A DNA stretch of 32,335 nt from a virus. Its lineage: Duplodnaviria; Heunggongvirae; Uroviricota; Caudoviricetes. The notes beneath the pieces are model-generated. The model was not told the DNA's origin. It made no database searches and worked only from the letters and a program-made list of their open reading frames with translations. The translations under genes and the position numbers were made by a program. This document shows positions 16,472 to 23,997 of this stretch, piece after piece; the stretch's first letter is position 1, and each line of letters opens with the position of its first letter. The stretch is taken from IMG/VR virus record IMGVR_UViG_3300044642_000188, one strand, 5' to 3'.

Positions 16472-17488
16472 TTAATATAATAATTTGTATTTTTCTCTTA
16501 ATTCCATCAGTTGTGATGTATAATAGTGTGTGCAGAACTTCTGACTAATCTCACTATTCATAACTGTCTGTAAATGAGGATCATTGAAAGGATCTTGTCC
16601 TGTGTGATACTTTCCTTTATAGAAAGCAGGATACCCATTGGCTTGATCACCAACAATTCCTGCATTATGTAGGAGTCCCATTCTCTTTATTTTCTCAATT
16701 GGATCAGAAGACCAAGCAAAATCCATTTCAGGAATAATCTTTGCTTCTTGTTTCCTATACCAAATAGCCCAAAGAACAGCCCACATATCAGCACACCAAC
16801 TTTGAAAGCCTTTATCTTCATTCTCAAAGAATTCTCTATTTACGTTTAGTAAATGTGTTCTAATTACCAAACAATCTTGCAACACCTTATCCCAGAAATC
16901 ACTATCGATGTTCTTTAATAGGTATTGAGCTCCTCCTGAATGTAAATTATTAGCTTCAGCTATCTCTCTAGTTATGCCTGTAAACTCTGCTGTTTCAGCT
17001 AGAATGTCTCTAGTCTTATACAACTCAAGCTTTTCAGGCTTTACATCTCTAATCTTACTATCAAAATATGAAGCGTTGATATAACTGTTTGTATCAGATA
17101 CATAGTTTATATCATCATCCAGATAAGCATCTATGTTTAGATTCTCTGTAAACACTACGTCTGAATCACAATACATAACAGCTTTATCTTTCATCCCTGG
17201 ATTCTCTTCAAAATATCTTCTCAGACAATAAGGACGCAACACAGGAATATAAACTCCTAACATGTTACTAATCTGGTGCTCATCTTTGTAGAATACAAAT
17301 TCAGCCTCTGGATAGAGGTCTATCACTTGCTGCCATTTGGTATTCTTCTCCCTATAACTAGGAATGAATATAAGCACAATTGCCTTGTCTGAATGTCCAA
17401 TTTTCCTTAAGCTCTCTATCCATAAATGTACCTGCCATGTGTAATAGGTATCATCTGGTTGAGCACAGATAAATCTGAGATCCTTCAT
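16472..17488 (-). CDS. GT-A glycosyltransferase resembling plant HPAT (GT95) / SERGT1 (GT96) peptide O-glycosyltransferases
   Basis: Colinear motifs DTYYTWQVHL, YIPVLRPYCL, VMYCDSDVVF, GGAQYLL, SWCADMW, LLHN parallel HPAT-type YxxWQ, YxxLNRP, MxEPDHVF, GNSPVI, GWVLEMY, IIHY (recalled from memory). Confidence 0.65.
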   Translation of the reverse strand: MKDLRFICAQPDDTYYTWQVHLWIESLRKIGHSDKAIVLIFIPSYREKNTKWQQVIDLYPEAEFVFYKDEHQISNMLGVYIPVLRPYCLRRYFEENPGMKDKAVMYCDSDVVFTENLNIDAYLDDDINYVSDTNSYINASYFDSKIRDVKPEKLELYKTRDILAETAEFTGITREIAEANNLHSGGAQYLLKNIDSDFWDKVLQDCLVIRTHLLNVNREFFENEDKGFQSWCADMWAVLWAIWYRKQEAKIIPEMDFAWSSDPIEKIKRMGLLHNAGIVGDQANGYPAFYKGKYHTGQDPFNDPHLQTVMNSEISQKFCTHYYTSQLMELREKYKLLY

Positions 17489-17524
17489 ATGTAGTTTTTA
17501 TTGGTTTGTTTTTTAATGTATTGA

Positions 17525-18655
17525 CTAGTTATTAGTAACAGTACACCCACGTCCTTGTAATACAGCTTTTGCAGCTAAACCAGTTGCAGAAGGTGTTGCT
17601 GATGTACCAGTTATTGTAACAGTTCTATTATTGAATGATGTAGTACCATTTGTTCCGTCTAATGCTGCTAAACTAACTAAAATTCCGTCTACACTACTTT
17701 GACTTAAAGAACAACTTGTAAAAATTACGTTTCCTGATGTTCCCCCTATTTGTTTCAAACCTGAACCAAAACCAAAAACAGTCAAATTTGGTGTTCCTGA
17801 TGAAAAATTAATTGTATTACCGCCAGAACTATATATTCTTACAATACTTGGCATAATAAAACTAAATAAAGCCGTACACGATTGAACGCTTAATGCAGTT
17901 GCGTTATTGTTATTATTTAATGTAGTTAAATTAACAAAAGCAATATTTGTTAATGATGTCAAACTTGATATACTAATTTGAGCAAAAGCGGTGGCTAATG
18001 AATTAAAATTAAATGTAGTTACTGCCGTTTGATTACTAATATTAATAGCTTGACCAACTGAAACTAAATTAGAAAAATTAATACTTGTTACAACGCTTGG
18101 ATTATTATTATTTAAAGTTAATGAACCAAGATAAGTAATATTTGGAAAATTTAAATTTAAAATATTTAAAGATGAATTTATTGAAAATCCACTGCCAACT
18201 CTTTGTAAACTTGGAAGTGATGCACCTAAATCTGTAATTAAAGGAGAACCTGGATTAAATTGGTTTTGAATTGCAACTAAATTAGGTAAACTTAATGTAG
18301 TTAAATTTGCAAAGTTTGTTTGAAAATTTTGTAAAATTTCAACATCACTTGTAAAAGAAGTAATAGAATTATAATTACTTGAATTAATTGTTAATGCACC
18401 CGTTTTTGTATATCCCGATAAAACAACTCCATTAATGTTTGAATTAATTAAATAGTTATCAAAATAATATCCCGGATTAATATTATTTGTTGTAACAAAA
18501 CTAAATGTAGGCATAACGGGACCGCCACCGCTTGCTAAATCAGCAATATCTTGTGCTGTTGTTTTTACTGTAGAACTACCTTGAACTACAGGAATTTCTT
18601 CTGCACCAGTTAATGCAGAACCTGCTGTCAGTTGACTAATTTTTACGTTTGCCAT
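17525..18655 (-). CDS. Putative fibre/adhesin: KISQL-type N-terminal segment plus LRR / receptor-L-like beta-solenoid
   Basis: MANVKISQL...LTGAEEIPVVQG; ~22-aa repeats LSLPNLVAI, SLPSLQRVG, NFPNITYLG, NFSNLVSVG, NFNSLATA. Confidence 0.7.
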   Translation of the reverse strand: MANVKISQLTAGSALTGAEEIPVVQGSSTVKTTAQDIADLASGGGPVMPTFSFVTTNNINPGYYFDNYLINSNINGVVLSGYTKTGALTINSSNYNSITSFTSDVEILQNFQTNFANLTTLSLPNLVAIQNQFNPGSPLITDLGASLPSLQRVGSGFSINSSLNILNLNFPNITYLGSLTLNNNNPSVVTSINFSNLVSVGQAINISNQTAVTTFNFNSLATAFAQISISSLTSLTNIAFVNLTTLNNNNNATALSVQSCTALFSFIMPSIVRIYSSGGNTINFSSGTPNLTVFGFGSGLKQIGGTSGNVIFTSCSLSQSSVDGILVSLAALDGTNGTTSFNNRTVTITGTSATPSATGLAAKAVLQGRGCTVTNN

Positions 18656-18665
18656 TTTTATATTT

Positions 18666-19532
18666 TTATTCTATAATTAAATTATCACCACCCTCTGTTA
18701 TGATGGGGTCACTACCCTCTGTTGTTATAAAATCACCAGGAGCACTGGTGGTTGTAGTTGTTGTTGTAGGACAAATATAAGGTGAACATGCAGGTAAATC
18801 ACTAAGATTATATATTGCAGAGATGATACCAGTTGTTAATGTAAACACTTTTGCATTTAAATAAGGACCGCCTAAATCATATATGTAAGTACCACTAAAT
18901 GTAACAGGAGGATTTCCAGGAGTTGTATTATATATTTGTGTTCCTACATTAAATCCTGCAGATGTATAGTATAAGAATGAACTTCCGCCATAGCTAGGAC
19001 TACCACTATTAAATACTTCAATCCAATCACATTTTACTTCAGCTGGTGTTTTTGTTGACCAATCTGTACCTACTCCACATATTACACCATTACTATATAA
19101 ATTTATTGGTTGAAAAGAATCTGTTGTGGTGGTGGTTGTTGTAGGTGTAGCAGTTGTTGTTGTACTAGTTGTAGAGGTTGTTGTACTTGTAGAAGTTGTA
19201 GTAGATGTACTTGTAGATGTGGTGGTGGTGGTGCTTGGGTTACAAGACTCACAAGGCTTTATGAAATAAACCTCTTTCCAATTACCATCCTGAGGAGCAT
19301 CATGTTGAAGAATCAAACTACCAGCTACATATTTGTTGCTGTTATTTTGACCACCTATTTTATTTATATATCTAACAAATGCACGTAGTTTATAGTTGGG
19401 AGGGGTAGTTGTAACAAGAACGTCACTAATAGCTACCCAGTCACCCACCTTAGGTTTAACTGAAGTTACTATTGGTCCACCTGGAACAATCCTTCCCTTA
19501 TTATCATATCTTATGTAAGCAGTTAAACTCAT
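18666..19532 (-). CDS. Modular putative virion surface protein: tandem anchor A x2, long Thr/Ser linker, domain, Thr linker, TEG tail
   Basis: AYIRYDNKGRIVPG...KPKVGDW and LRAFVRY...VAGSLIL...GNWKEV; 37-aa Thr-rich tract; C-terminal FITTEGSDPIITEGGDNLIIE. Confidence 0.8.
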   Translation of the reverse strand: MSLTAYIRYDNKGRIVPGGPIVTSVKPKVGDWVAISDVLVTTTPPNYKLRAFVRYINKIGGQNNSNKYVAGSLILQHDAPQDGNWKEVYFIKPCESCNPSTTTTTSTSTSTTTSTSTTTSTTSTTTTATPTTTTTTTDSFQPINLYSNGVICGVGTDWSTKTPAEVKCDWIEVFNSGSPSYGGSSFLYYTSAGFNVGTQIYNTTPGNPPVTFSGTYIYDLGGPYLNAKVFTLTTGIISAIYNLSDLPACSPYICPTTTTTTTSAPGDFITTEGSDPIITEGGDNLIIE

Positions 19533-19541
19533 ATCTTTTTA

Positions 19542-19703
19542 TTAAACAGTAGTCGTAGTAGTAGTGGTAGGAGGAACAGTTGTAGTAGTGGTAGTTGTAC
19601 CATTGTTATACATAACACGTGTCAGAGTCTCTAATTGCTTAGATATCTGCCATAGCAAATTGCTTTTTGTACCCCAGCCTATCTGTCTTGATGGTATTGC
19701 CAT
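19542..19703 (-). CDS. 53-aa protein: anchor B plus a near-pure Thr tail (missed by the ORF track)
   Basis: MAIPSRQIGWGTKSNLLWQISKQLETLTRVMYNNGTTTTTTTVPPTTTTTTTV; paralogous to the N-terminus of 19726-20667. Confidence 0.85.
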   Translation of the reverse strand: MAIPSRQIGWGTKSNLLWQISKQLETLTRVMYNNGTTTTTTTVPPTTTTTTTV

Positions 19704-19725
19704 TTTATTAATATTTTATTTTATC

Positions 19726-20667
19726 CTATCCTACTTGATTTACTGTTACAATTAATCCAGGAATAGCAGGGATATTTCCTGTAGCTACAGCTGATGTAAT
19801 TGCTATTGCATTATCTGCATTACTATTTATTTCCCATTTAAGTTGTACATATTCATTAGCACTTGTTGTCTTGAAAAAGAAATTCCAAGCTGGTACAACA
19901 TACACAGAGTTAGAAGGAAATCCTATTTGTGAAGCACTATTAGGTACACTTACACCATTTTGTGCTAACCAAATATGAATGTGTGTAGCAGTGTTACCAG
20001 TATTTTTTACCATCTGAGCACTAAACGCTATGCTATATACACCAGGATTAGCTATAGTTATTCTATTACCAGAAACAATTGAAACACCGTTGTTCCAAGA
20101 ATCTGAATTATTAAGACCCATTGTAAGAACACTATTAGCAACACCTGTTTGATTTGTAGTGTCATAGAAAGATCCTAGATAACCAAACCCACCAGCTGCA
20201 CCCTGAATTCCTTGAATACCCTGCACACCTTGTATACCTTGCTCTCCTTGAACACCTTGAACACCTTGGATGCCTTGATCACCTTGAGGTCCTTTTATAT
20301 CACCAGCATCAAACCATACAGTTCCATTCCAAGTCATCAATGATCCATCAGATAATAAAATCCATGCATCACCAATGTTAGCACCTGGTAAACTTCCTGC
20401 TCCTGCATTAAATGCAGCAAGATCAGCATAAGATCCAAGAAGAGTTACAGAATTACCTGCACTTCCTTGAGCTCCAGTTTCACCTTGCACACCTTGTATT
20501 CCTTGTATTCCTTGTGGACCCTGAGGACCAATAGGTCCTTGAGGACCTACAATACCACCACCTCCACTATTATATGTCACTCCTGTAAGAGCTTCTAATT
20601 GTTTAGAAATCTGCCACAAAAGATTTTCTTCTGTGCCCCAGCCTATCTGTCTACTTGGTATTGCCAT
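19726..20667 (-). CDS. Collagen-like fibre protein: anchor B, Gly-X-Y repeats, BclA-like C-terminal domain
   Basis: MAIPSRQIGWGTEENLLWQISKQL; two GPQ/GIQ/GVQ tracts; GSFYDTT...ITIANPGVYSIAFSAQ. Confidence 0.85.
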   Translation of the reverse strand: MAIPSRQIGWGTEENLLWQISKQLEALTGVTYNSGGGGIVGPQGPIGPQGPQGIQGIQGVQGETGAQGSAGNSVTLLGSYADLAAFNAGAGSLPGANIGDAWILLSDGSLMTWNGTVWFDAGDIKGPQGDQGIQGVQGVQGEQGIQGVQGIQGIQGAAGGFGYLGSFYDTTNQTGVANSVLTMGLNNSDSWNNGVSIVSGNRITIANPGVYSIAFSAQMVKNTGNTATHIHIWLAQNGVSVPNSASQIGFPSNSVYVVPAWNFFFKTTSANEYVQLKWEINSNADNAIAITSAVATGNIPAIPGLIVTVNQVG

Positions 20668-20686
20668 GATTGTGAAAATTAATATT

Positions 20687-20716
20687 CAAAGATATGTTGT
20701 TTTTTACTATAACCAA
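20687..20716 (-). promoter_or_regulatory. Bacteroidota-type promoter for the surface-protein / glycosylation operon
   Basis: Minus strand: TTG (20716-20714), 19-nt spacer, TATCTTTG (20694-20687); shares ACATATCTTTG with the 12510 promoter. Confidence 0.7.
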
Positions 20717-20736
20717 TGAGCATCAATAATTTACAA

Positions 20737-20775
20737 TAACTAAATTGATTAATTGATTTCTAACTAAATTGATTA
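20737..20775. repeat. Perfect 15-bp direct repeat TAACTAAATTGATTA x2
   Basis: Copies at 20737-20751 and 20761-20775, with an extra AATTGATT at 20751-20758. Confidence 0.85.
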
Positions 20776-20797
20776 GAGTTTAGAAATATCTATATGT

Positions 20798-20814
20798 TGG
20801 TAGTATTACTACCA
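20798..20814. repeat. 17-bp palindrome TGGTAGTA-T-TACTACCA
   Basis: Perfect 8+1+8 inverted repeat directly after the stop at 20815. Confidence 0.75.
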
Positions 20815-20940
20815 TTATTTACCTTGTCCTCTGTACTTGCTTACAGCTTTTTCTTTTGGTCCACTAGTCTTTTTAGCTTTGCCTCCCTTGCGTTTACCAA
20901 AGCTAATCTTTCTAACTTCACCACCTTTTGCTTTTGCCAT
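20815..20940 (-). CDS. 41-aa basic peptide (missed by the ORF track)
   Basis: MAKAKGGEVRKISFGKRKGGKAKKTSGPKEKAVSKYRGQGK; the YRGQGK C-terminus is typical of a small phage protein family. Confidence 0.75.
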   Translation of the reverse strand: MAKAKGGEVRKISFGKRKGGKAKKTSGPKEKAVSKYRGQGK

Positions 20941-20946
20941 GTTGAT

Positions 20947-21378
20947 TTATTTTAATGATGCGATTGTAACAAATTGTAATACCACGACAGCTACTAGTAA
21001 AAACTTACCTAGCTCGTGCATCTTGGTTCTAAACTTCTCTTCCTTTTGAGCCTTGAAAAAGATTTCCCTATTAGCCTCATACTTCCATTTGTATTGGCTA
21101 ACATCAGCTATTACAGTTTTTAGACTATCCTGTCTAGATTTCAATGAATCCACCTTATAGGTTAATGAGTCTATGAAAACCTTATTTAATTGATTATCAA
21201 TGCTTAACGAATCTATTTGGGATTTATATCCTTTGATTAATGTATTGATATAGTTTCCTTGTTCAACGGTCATTATAACCACTGAATCATTACCTATTTT
21301 CTTTGTTCTTGGATACTGGGAGTACGTTGTAGCTGACACCAGTATCAACAAGATTACTATCAAGTTTACTTTTAGCAT
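20947..21378 (-). CDS. Exported coiled-coil protein with a signal peptide and C-terminal TM helix (lysis-associated)
   Basis: LIVILLILVSATTYS|Q; heptad-like middle; LLVAVVVLQFVTIA. Confidence 0.7.
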   Translation of the reverse strand: MLKVNLIVILLILVSATTYSQYPRTKKIGNDSVVIMTVEQGNYINTLIKGYKSQIDSLSIDNQLNKVFIDSLTYKVDSLKSRQDSLKTVIADVSQYKWKYEANREIFFKAQKEEKFRTKMHELGKFLLVAVVVLQFVTIASLK

Positions 21379-21631
21379 TGCTTAATTCAGATTTTAATGA
21401 GCTAACCTCTGCCTTTAATGATACAATTTGGCTAACTGCTTGGTTTACTATTTTTGTTTGTGCTTTGGCAGCACCTTCTTGTACAGCTGCACCATTTTTA
21501 TTATTTTCTGAAACTTTGTTAAGTAGGGACTCAAGTTCTTTATCTTCTTTAACTGTTTCATCAGCGTGCTGAGCTGTGGTATATTGACATCCATATAGAC
21601 TTATTAATATTAAAAATGTTAATGCTCTCAT
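21290..21631 (-). CDS. Lipoprotein, candidate o-spanin
   Basis: MRALTFLILISLYG|C lipobox; predicted coiled coil; lysis-cassette context. Confidence 0.6.
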   Translation of the reverse strand: MRALTFLILISLYGCQYTTAQHADETVKEDKELESLLNKVSENNKNGAAVQEGAAKAQTKIVNQAVSQIVSLKAEVSSLKSELSNAKSKLDSNLVDTGVSYNVLPVSKNKENR

Positions 21632-21933
21632 TAGTTTAACTTTTTTATAGCTCCTAATTGTTGTAATGTTTGTAACTGAGTGGTAGTCACAGCTTTAGTG
21701 CTGTCACTAACTCTTAGTGCTTCCTGCACCTTATCTAATCTACCTTCCACCTTATCAATACGTACATTCTGAGAAGTTGCCTGCTCTTTAAATGTTGTAC
21801 GCACATCTATGTATAGGTATGAAATAGCAATAAGTACTAGGAAGAGTGTACCCACTATTGGGTTCTTAGCAAACTCCTTAAAACTTATAGGTAAAGGATT
21901 TGCTGAAATGTTTGTTTCTTTTTTCGCTGCCAT
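21631..21933 (-). CDS. Single-TM coiled-coil protein, candidate i-spanin or holin accessory
   Basis: PIVGTLFLVLIAISYLYI TM helix, then a helical tail; TAATG-coupled to the lipoprotein. Confidence 0.6.
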   Translation of the reverse strand: MAAKKETNISANPLPISFKEFAKNPIVGTLFLVLIAISYLYIDVRTTFKEQATSQNVRIDKVEGRLDKVQEALRVSDSTKAVTTTQLQTLQQLGAIKKLN

Positions 21934-22181
21934 TATTTTCTTTTTAAATCTTGTATAAATTCATCTCTTTGAGCCATTAGATATTTTTCTCTGTCTAATA
22001 GTCTTTGTCTTTCATCTTCAGTTAACTTCAGGATTAGTTCTTCTTTTGACTTAATCATCTGTTTATACTCGTTCATCTGAGATGTAAATAAACTATTCTG
22101 ATAATACATAATACCAACTAGGATCAATATTGTAAAGGACTGCTCCTTTAGTTTATTCATAAACTCTTGACCATAGTTCAT
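21933..22181 (-). CDS. Single-TM coiled-coil protein
   Basis: SFTILILVGIMYY TM helix followed by a charged helix. Confidence 0.7.
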   Translation of the reverse strand: MNYGQEFMNKLKEQSFTILILVGIMYYQNSLFTSQMNEYKQMIKSKEELILKLTEDERQRLLDREKYLMAQRDEFIQDLKRK

Positions 22182-22187
22182 TATATT

Positions 22188-22787
22188 TTATTTTAATAGG
22201 TTATTATATTCATTAAAATGCTTGATACGATCAGGAAGTCCAATTGTACCACCATTTACACGCTTAGTAACCTTAGTAACTACAGCATCTGTAGCTCCTT
22301 CATCAGCAATCTTATGTAAACCATTCTTATGGAAGAACCAAGCTGCAGATAATAAAGGATACTTTGTAGCTACTAAATCAGGGGTAGCAAGGATATCATC
22401 CTCTACAGATTTATCAAAAGCTGTGTAGTTATCCTTTCCAGTTAGCTGAATGTATCCACGTCCTCTGAACTTCCAACCCTCACCAGATGCTTCTAAACCA
22501 TTACCCATACGACCACCATACACCTTGTTAGCAATCTTTTCTGGCTGACGAGCATATGCATTAGCTAATGCTTCTGTAGGAAAGTATTTCTTAAAAGTAT
22601 TCATAAGACCTTTAGCCCCATAGTTTAGGTTCTCTGAAACAGCTTTGAATCCACCTGATTCATGACCACACTGAGCCAAGAAATGAGCTAGTCTTAAAGG
22701 AGTATTGATTTCAAACTTAGTTTGTACATCAGGAATCTGAGCAATCACTGTGTCAGGAATGTGTCCTTTTAATTTTTCTAAATTCAT
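22188..22787 (-). CDS. GH19 (chitinase-like) endolysin
   Basis: RLAHFLAQCGHESGGF, ENLNYG, YGGRMGN, FRGRGYIQLTGKDNY, VTKRVNGGTIG. Confidence 0.93.
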   Translation of the reverse strand: MNLEKLKGHIPDTVIAQIPDVQTKFEINTPLRLAHFLAQCGHESGGFKAVSENLNYGAKGLMNTFKKYFPTEALANAYARQPEKIANKVYGGRMGNGLEASGEGWKFRGRGYIQLTGKDNYTAFDKSVEDDILATPDLVATKYPLLSAAWFFHKNGLHKIADEGATDAVVTKVTKRVNGGTIGLPDRIKHFNEYNNLLK

Positions 22788-22790
22788 TTT

Positions 22791-23399
22791 TTATTTTTTG
22801 ATTTTCCAAAATAACTGAAAGCCATAGTTTATTTGACCTTCAACGTCTGTACCAACCATCACACTATAAATCTGATCCTTCTTAGTCTTAAGAAGTAATC
22901 CAAGATTTACATTTTCAACACCTGATGTCTTGTCACCAATTACACCACCACCCATATATAATTGATTCTTAAGGGGTGCGTACTTAGTAATGGTTGTAGT
23001 TGTATGAATAGTAGGTATCTTATAGTTGTATTTATAAGATCTATTCTGTAAGATATTTTTTTGTAATGTATCAGCTATAGCTACATATCCTAAGGTGTCT
23101 AGCTTCAATGTATCAGTATAGATGTTCTTTGCCAGGTAGGCAACAACTAATGAATCGTATTGTTCTTTAAGCCTAGGATAGGATGTATCAGCTATATACT
23201 CTGGAGGAGTTTGAATAGTTTCATATATTGTCTCCTTAACCTTTAACTTCTTGATAATCAATGAGTCATGCACTTGCCATGTTGTATCATGTACAGTGAC
23301 CACCTCAGGTTGTTTATCTTTTATATATGTACAACCATCTTTTTGAAAGAGTATAATTGCCATTAAAACAGCAATTACAAAAATAAGTAATCTATTCAT
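22791..23399 (-). CDS. N-terminally membrane-anchored protein of the lysis cassette
   Basis: MNRLLIFVIAVLMAIILF anchor; beta-rich C-terminus ending in YGFQLFWKI. Confidence 0.7.
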   Translation of the reverse strand: MNRLLIFVIAVLMAIILFQKDGCTYIKDKQPEVVTVHDTTWQVHDSLIIKKLKVKETIYETIQTPPEYIADTSYPRLKEQYDSLVVAYLAKNIYTDTLKLDTLGYVAIADTLQKNILQNRSYKYNYKIPTIHTTTTITKYAPLKNQLYMGGGVIGDKTSGVENVNLGLLLKTKKDQIYSVMVGTDVEGQINYGFQLFWKIKK

Positions 23400-23643
23400 T
23401 ATCTTCAGTTTGGCTTTTCTTGTTTATAAACTTGTCCACGGAAGCAATTCCAAAACAAGCTATAGTCAAGATTTTAAATGAGTCATATATGAACTCATTT
23501 ACTAACAATGGTTTATTCATAGCTCCTGTAACAATATCTGTTATAGCAAATATTATCATAATTACAAAAGAAGCAAAGCCAATTACAGCTTTCTCATTGA
23601 TTGAGTTGCTGTCATCAAATAGATCAGAAAAGAATTTCTTCAT
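23392..23643 (-). CDS. Holin-like protein with two TM helices (start re-called, MKKFFSDL)
   Basis: AVIGFASFVIMIIFAI and ILTIACFGIASV TM segments, charged C-terminal tail, close to the endolysin. Confidence 0.65.
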   Translation of the reverse strand: MKKFFSDLFDDSNSINEKAVIGFASFVIMIIFAITDIVTGAMNKPLLVNEFIYDSFKILTIACFGIASVDKFINKKSQTEDNE

Positions 23644-23917
23644 GTTTTTCGTTTTTAATTGTTTTTCTATTGTTAGGTAGGATGGCATAGCTTGTTAATT
23701 CCAAGTCTGCACTTGGTAAATCAACAGGAATAGAAGCTGTCTTCTTATAGATGAGCCTCTCTAGATTGTCTATACGTGTCTTGTCTATATTAGACCGAGC
23801 CATGAGGGCTTTTACATCAGCTTTAATTTCACTGACATCATTCCAAATCATCATAGCTAGTATTGATACTAAGCTAGGGAAAATCCAAACTTTGAAATTT
23901 TCAATAGGTTGTTTCAT
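23624..23917 (-). CDS. Single-TM coiled-coil protein (holin-associated)
   Basis: VWIFPSLVSILAMMIW TM helix, then DVSEIKADVKAL. Confidence 0.65.
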   Translation of the reverse strand: MKQPIENFKVWIFPSLVSILAMMIWNDVSEIKADVKALMARSNIDKTRIDNLERLIYKKTASIPVDLPSADLELTSYAILPNNRKTIKNEKHEEILF

Positions 23918-23934
23918 TTTGTTTCACAAATGAC

Positions 23935-23972
23935 AATAGCATGCTCTTCCCTTATAAGGAAAACATGCTATT
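23935..23972. other. Intergenic stem-loop ahead of the lysis cassette
   Basis: AATAGCATG (23935-23943) / CATGCTATT (23964-23972), with an inner CCT/AGG stem. Confidence 0.6.
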
Positions 23973-23997
23973 TAGTTTTAAAATTGGAGTTTTATTT

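Noticed and set aside
19110-19388. 92-aa Cys-rich plus-strand ORF that looks like a metallothionein
   Set aside because: It is the reverse complement of the poly-Thr tract (ACA/ACT give TGT/AGT).
20737-20775. CRISPR mini-array
   Set aside because: Only two 15-bp repeats with a 9-bp spacer.
21290-21378. Programmed frameshift fusing the lipoprotein to the C-terminal-TM protein to give a unimolecular spanin
   Set aside because: No canonical X XXY YYZ slippery site or downstream structure in the overlap, and the second ORF has its own signal peptide.
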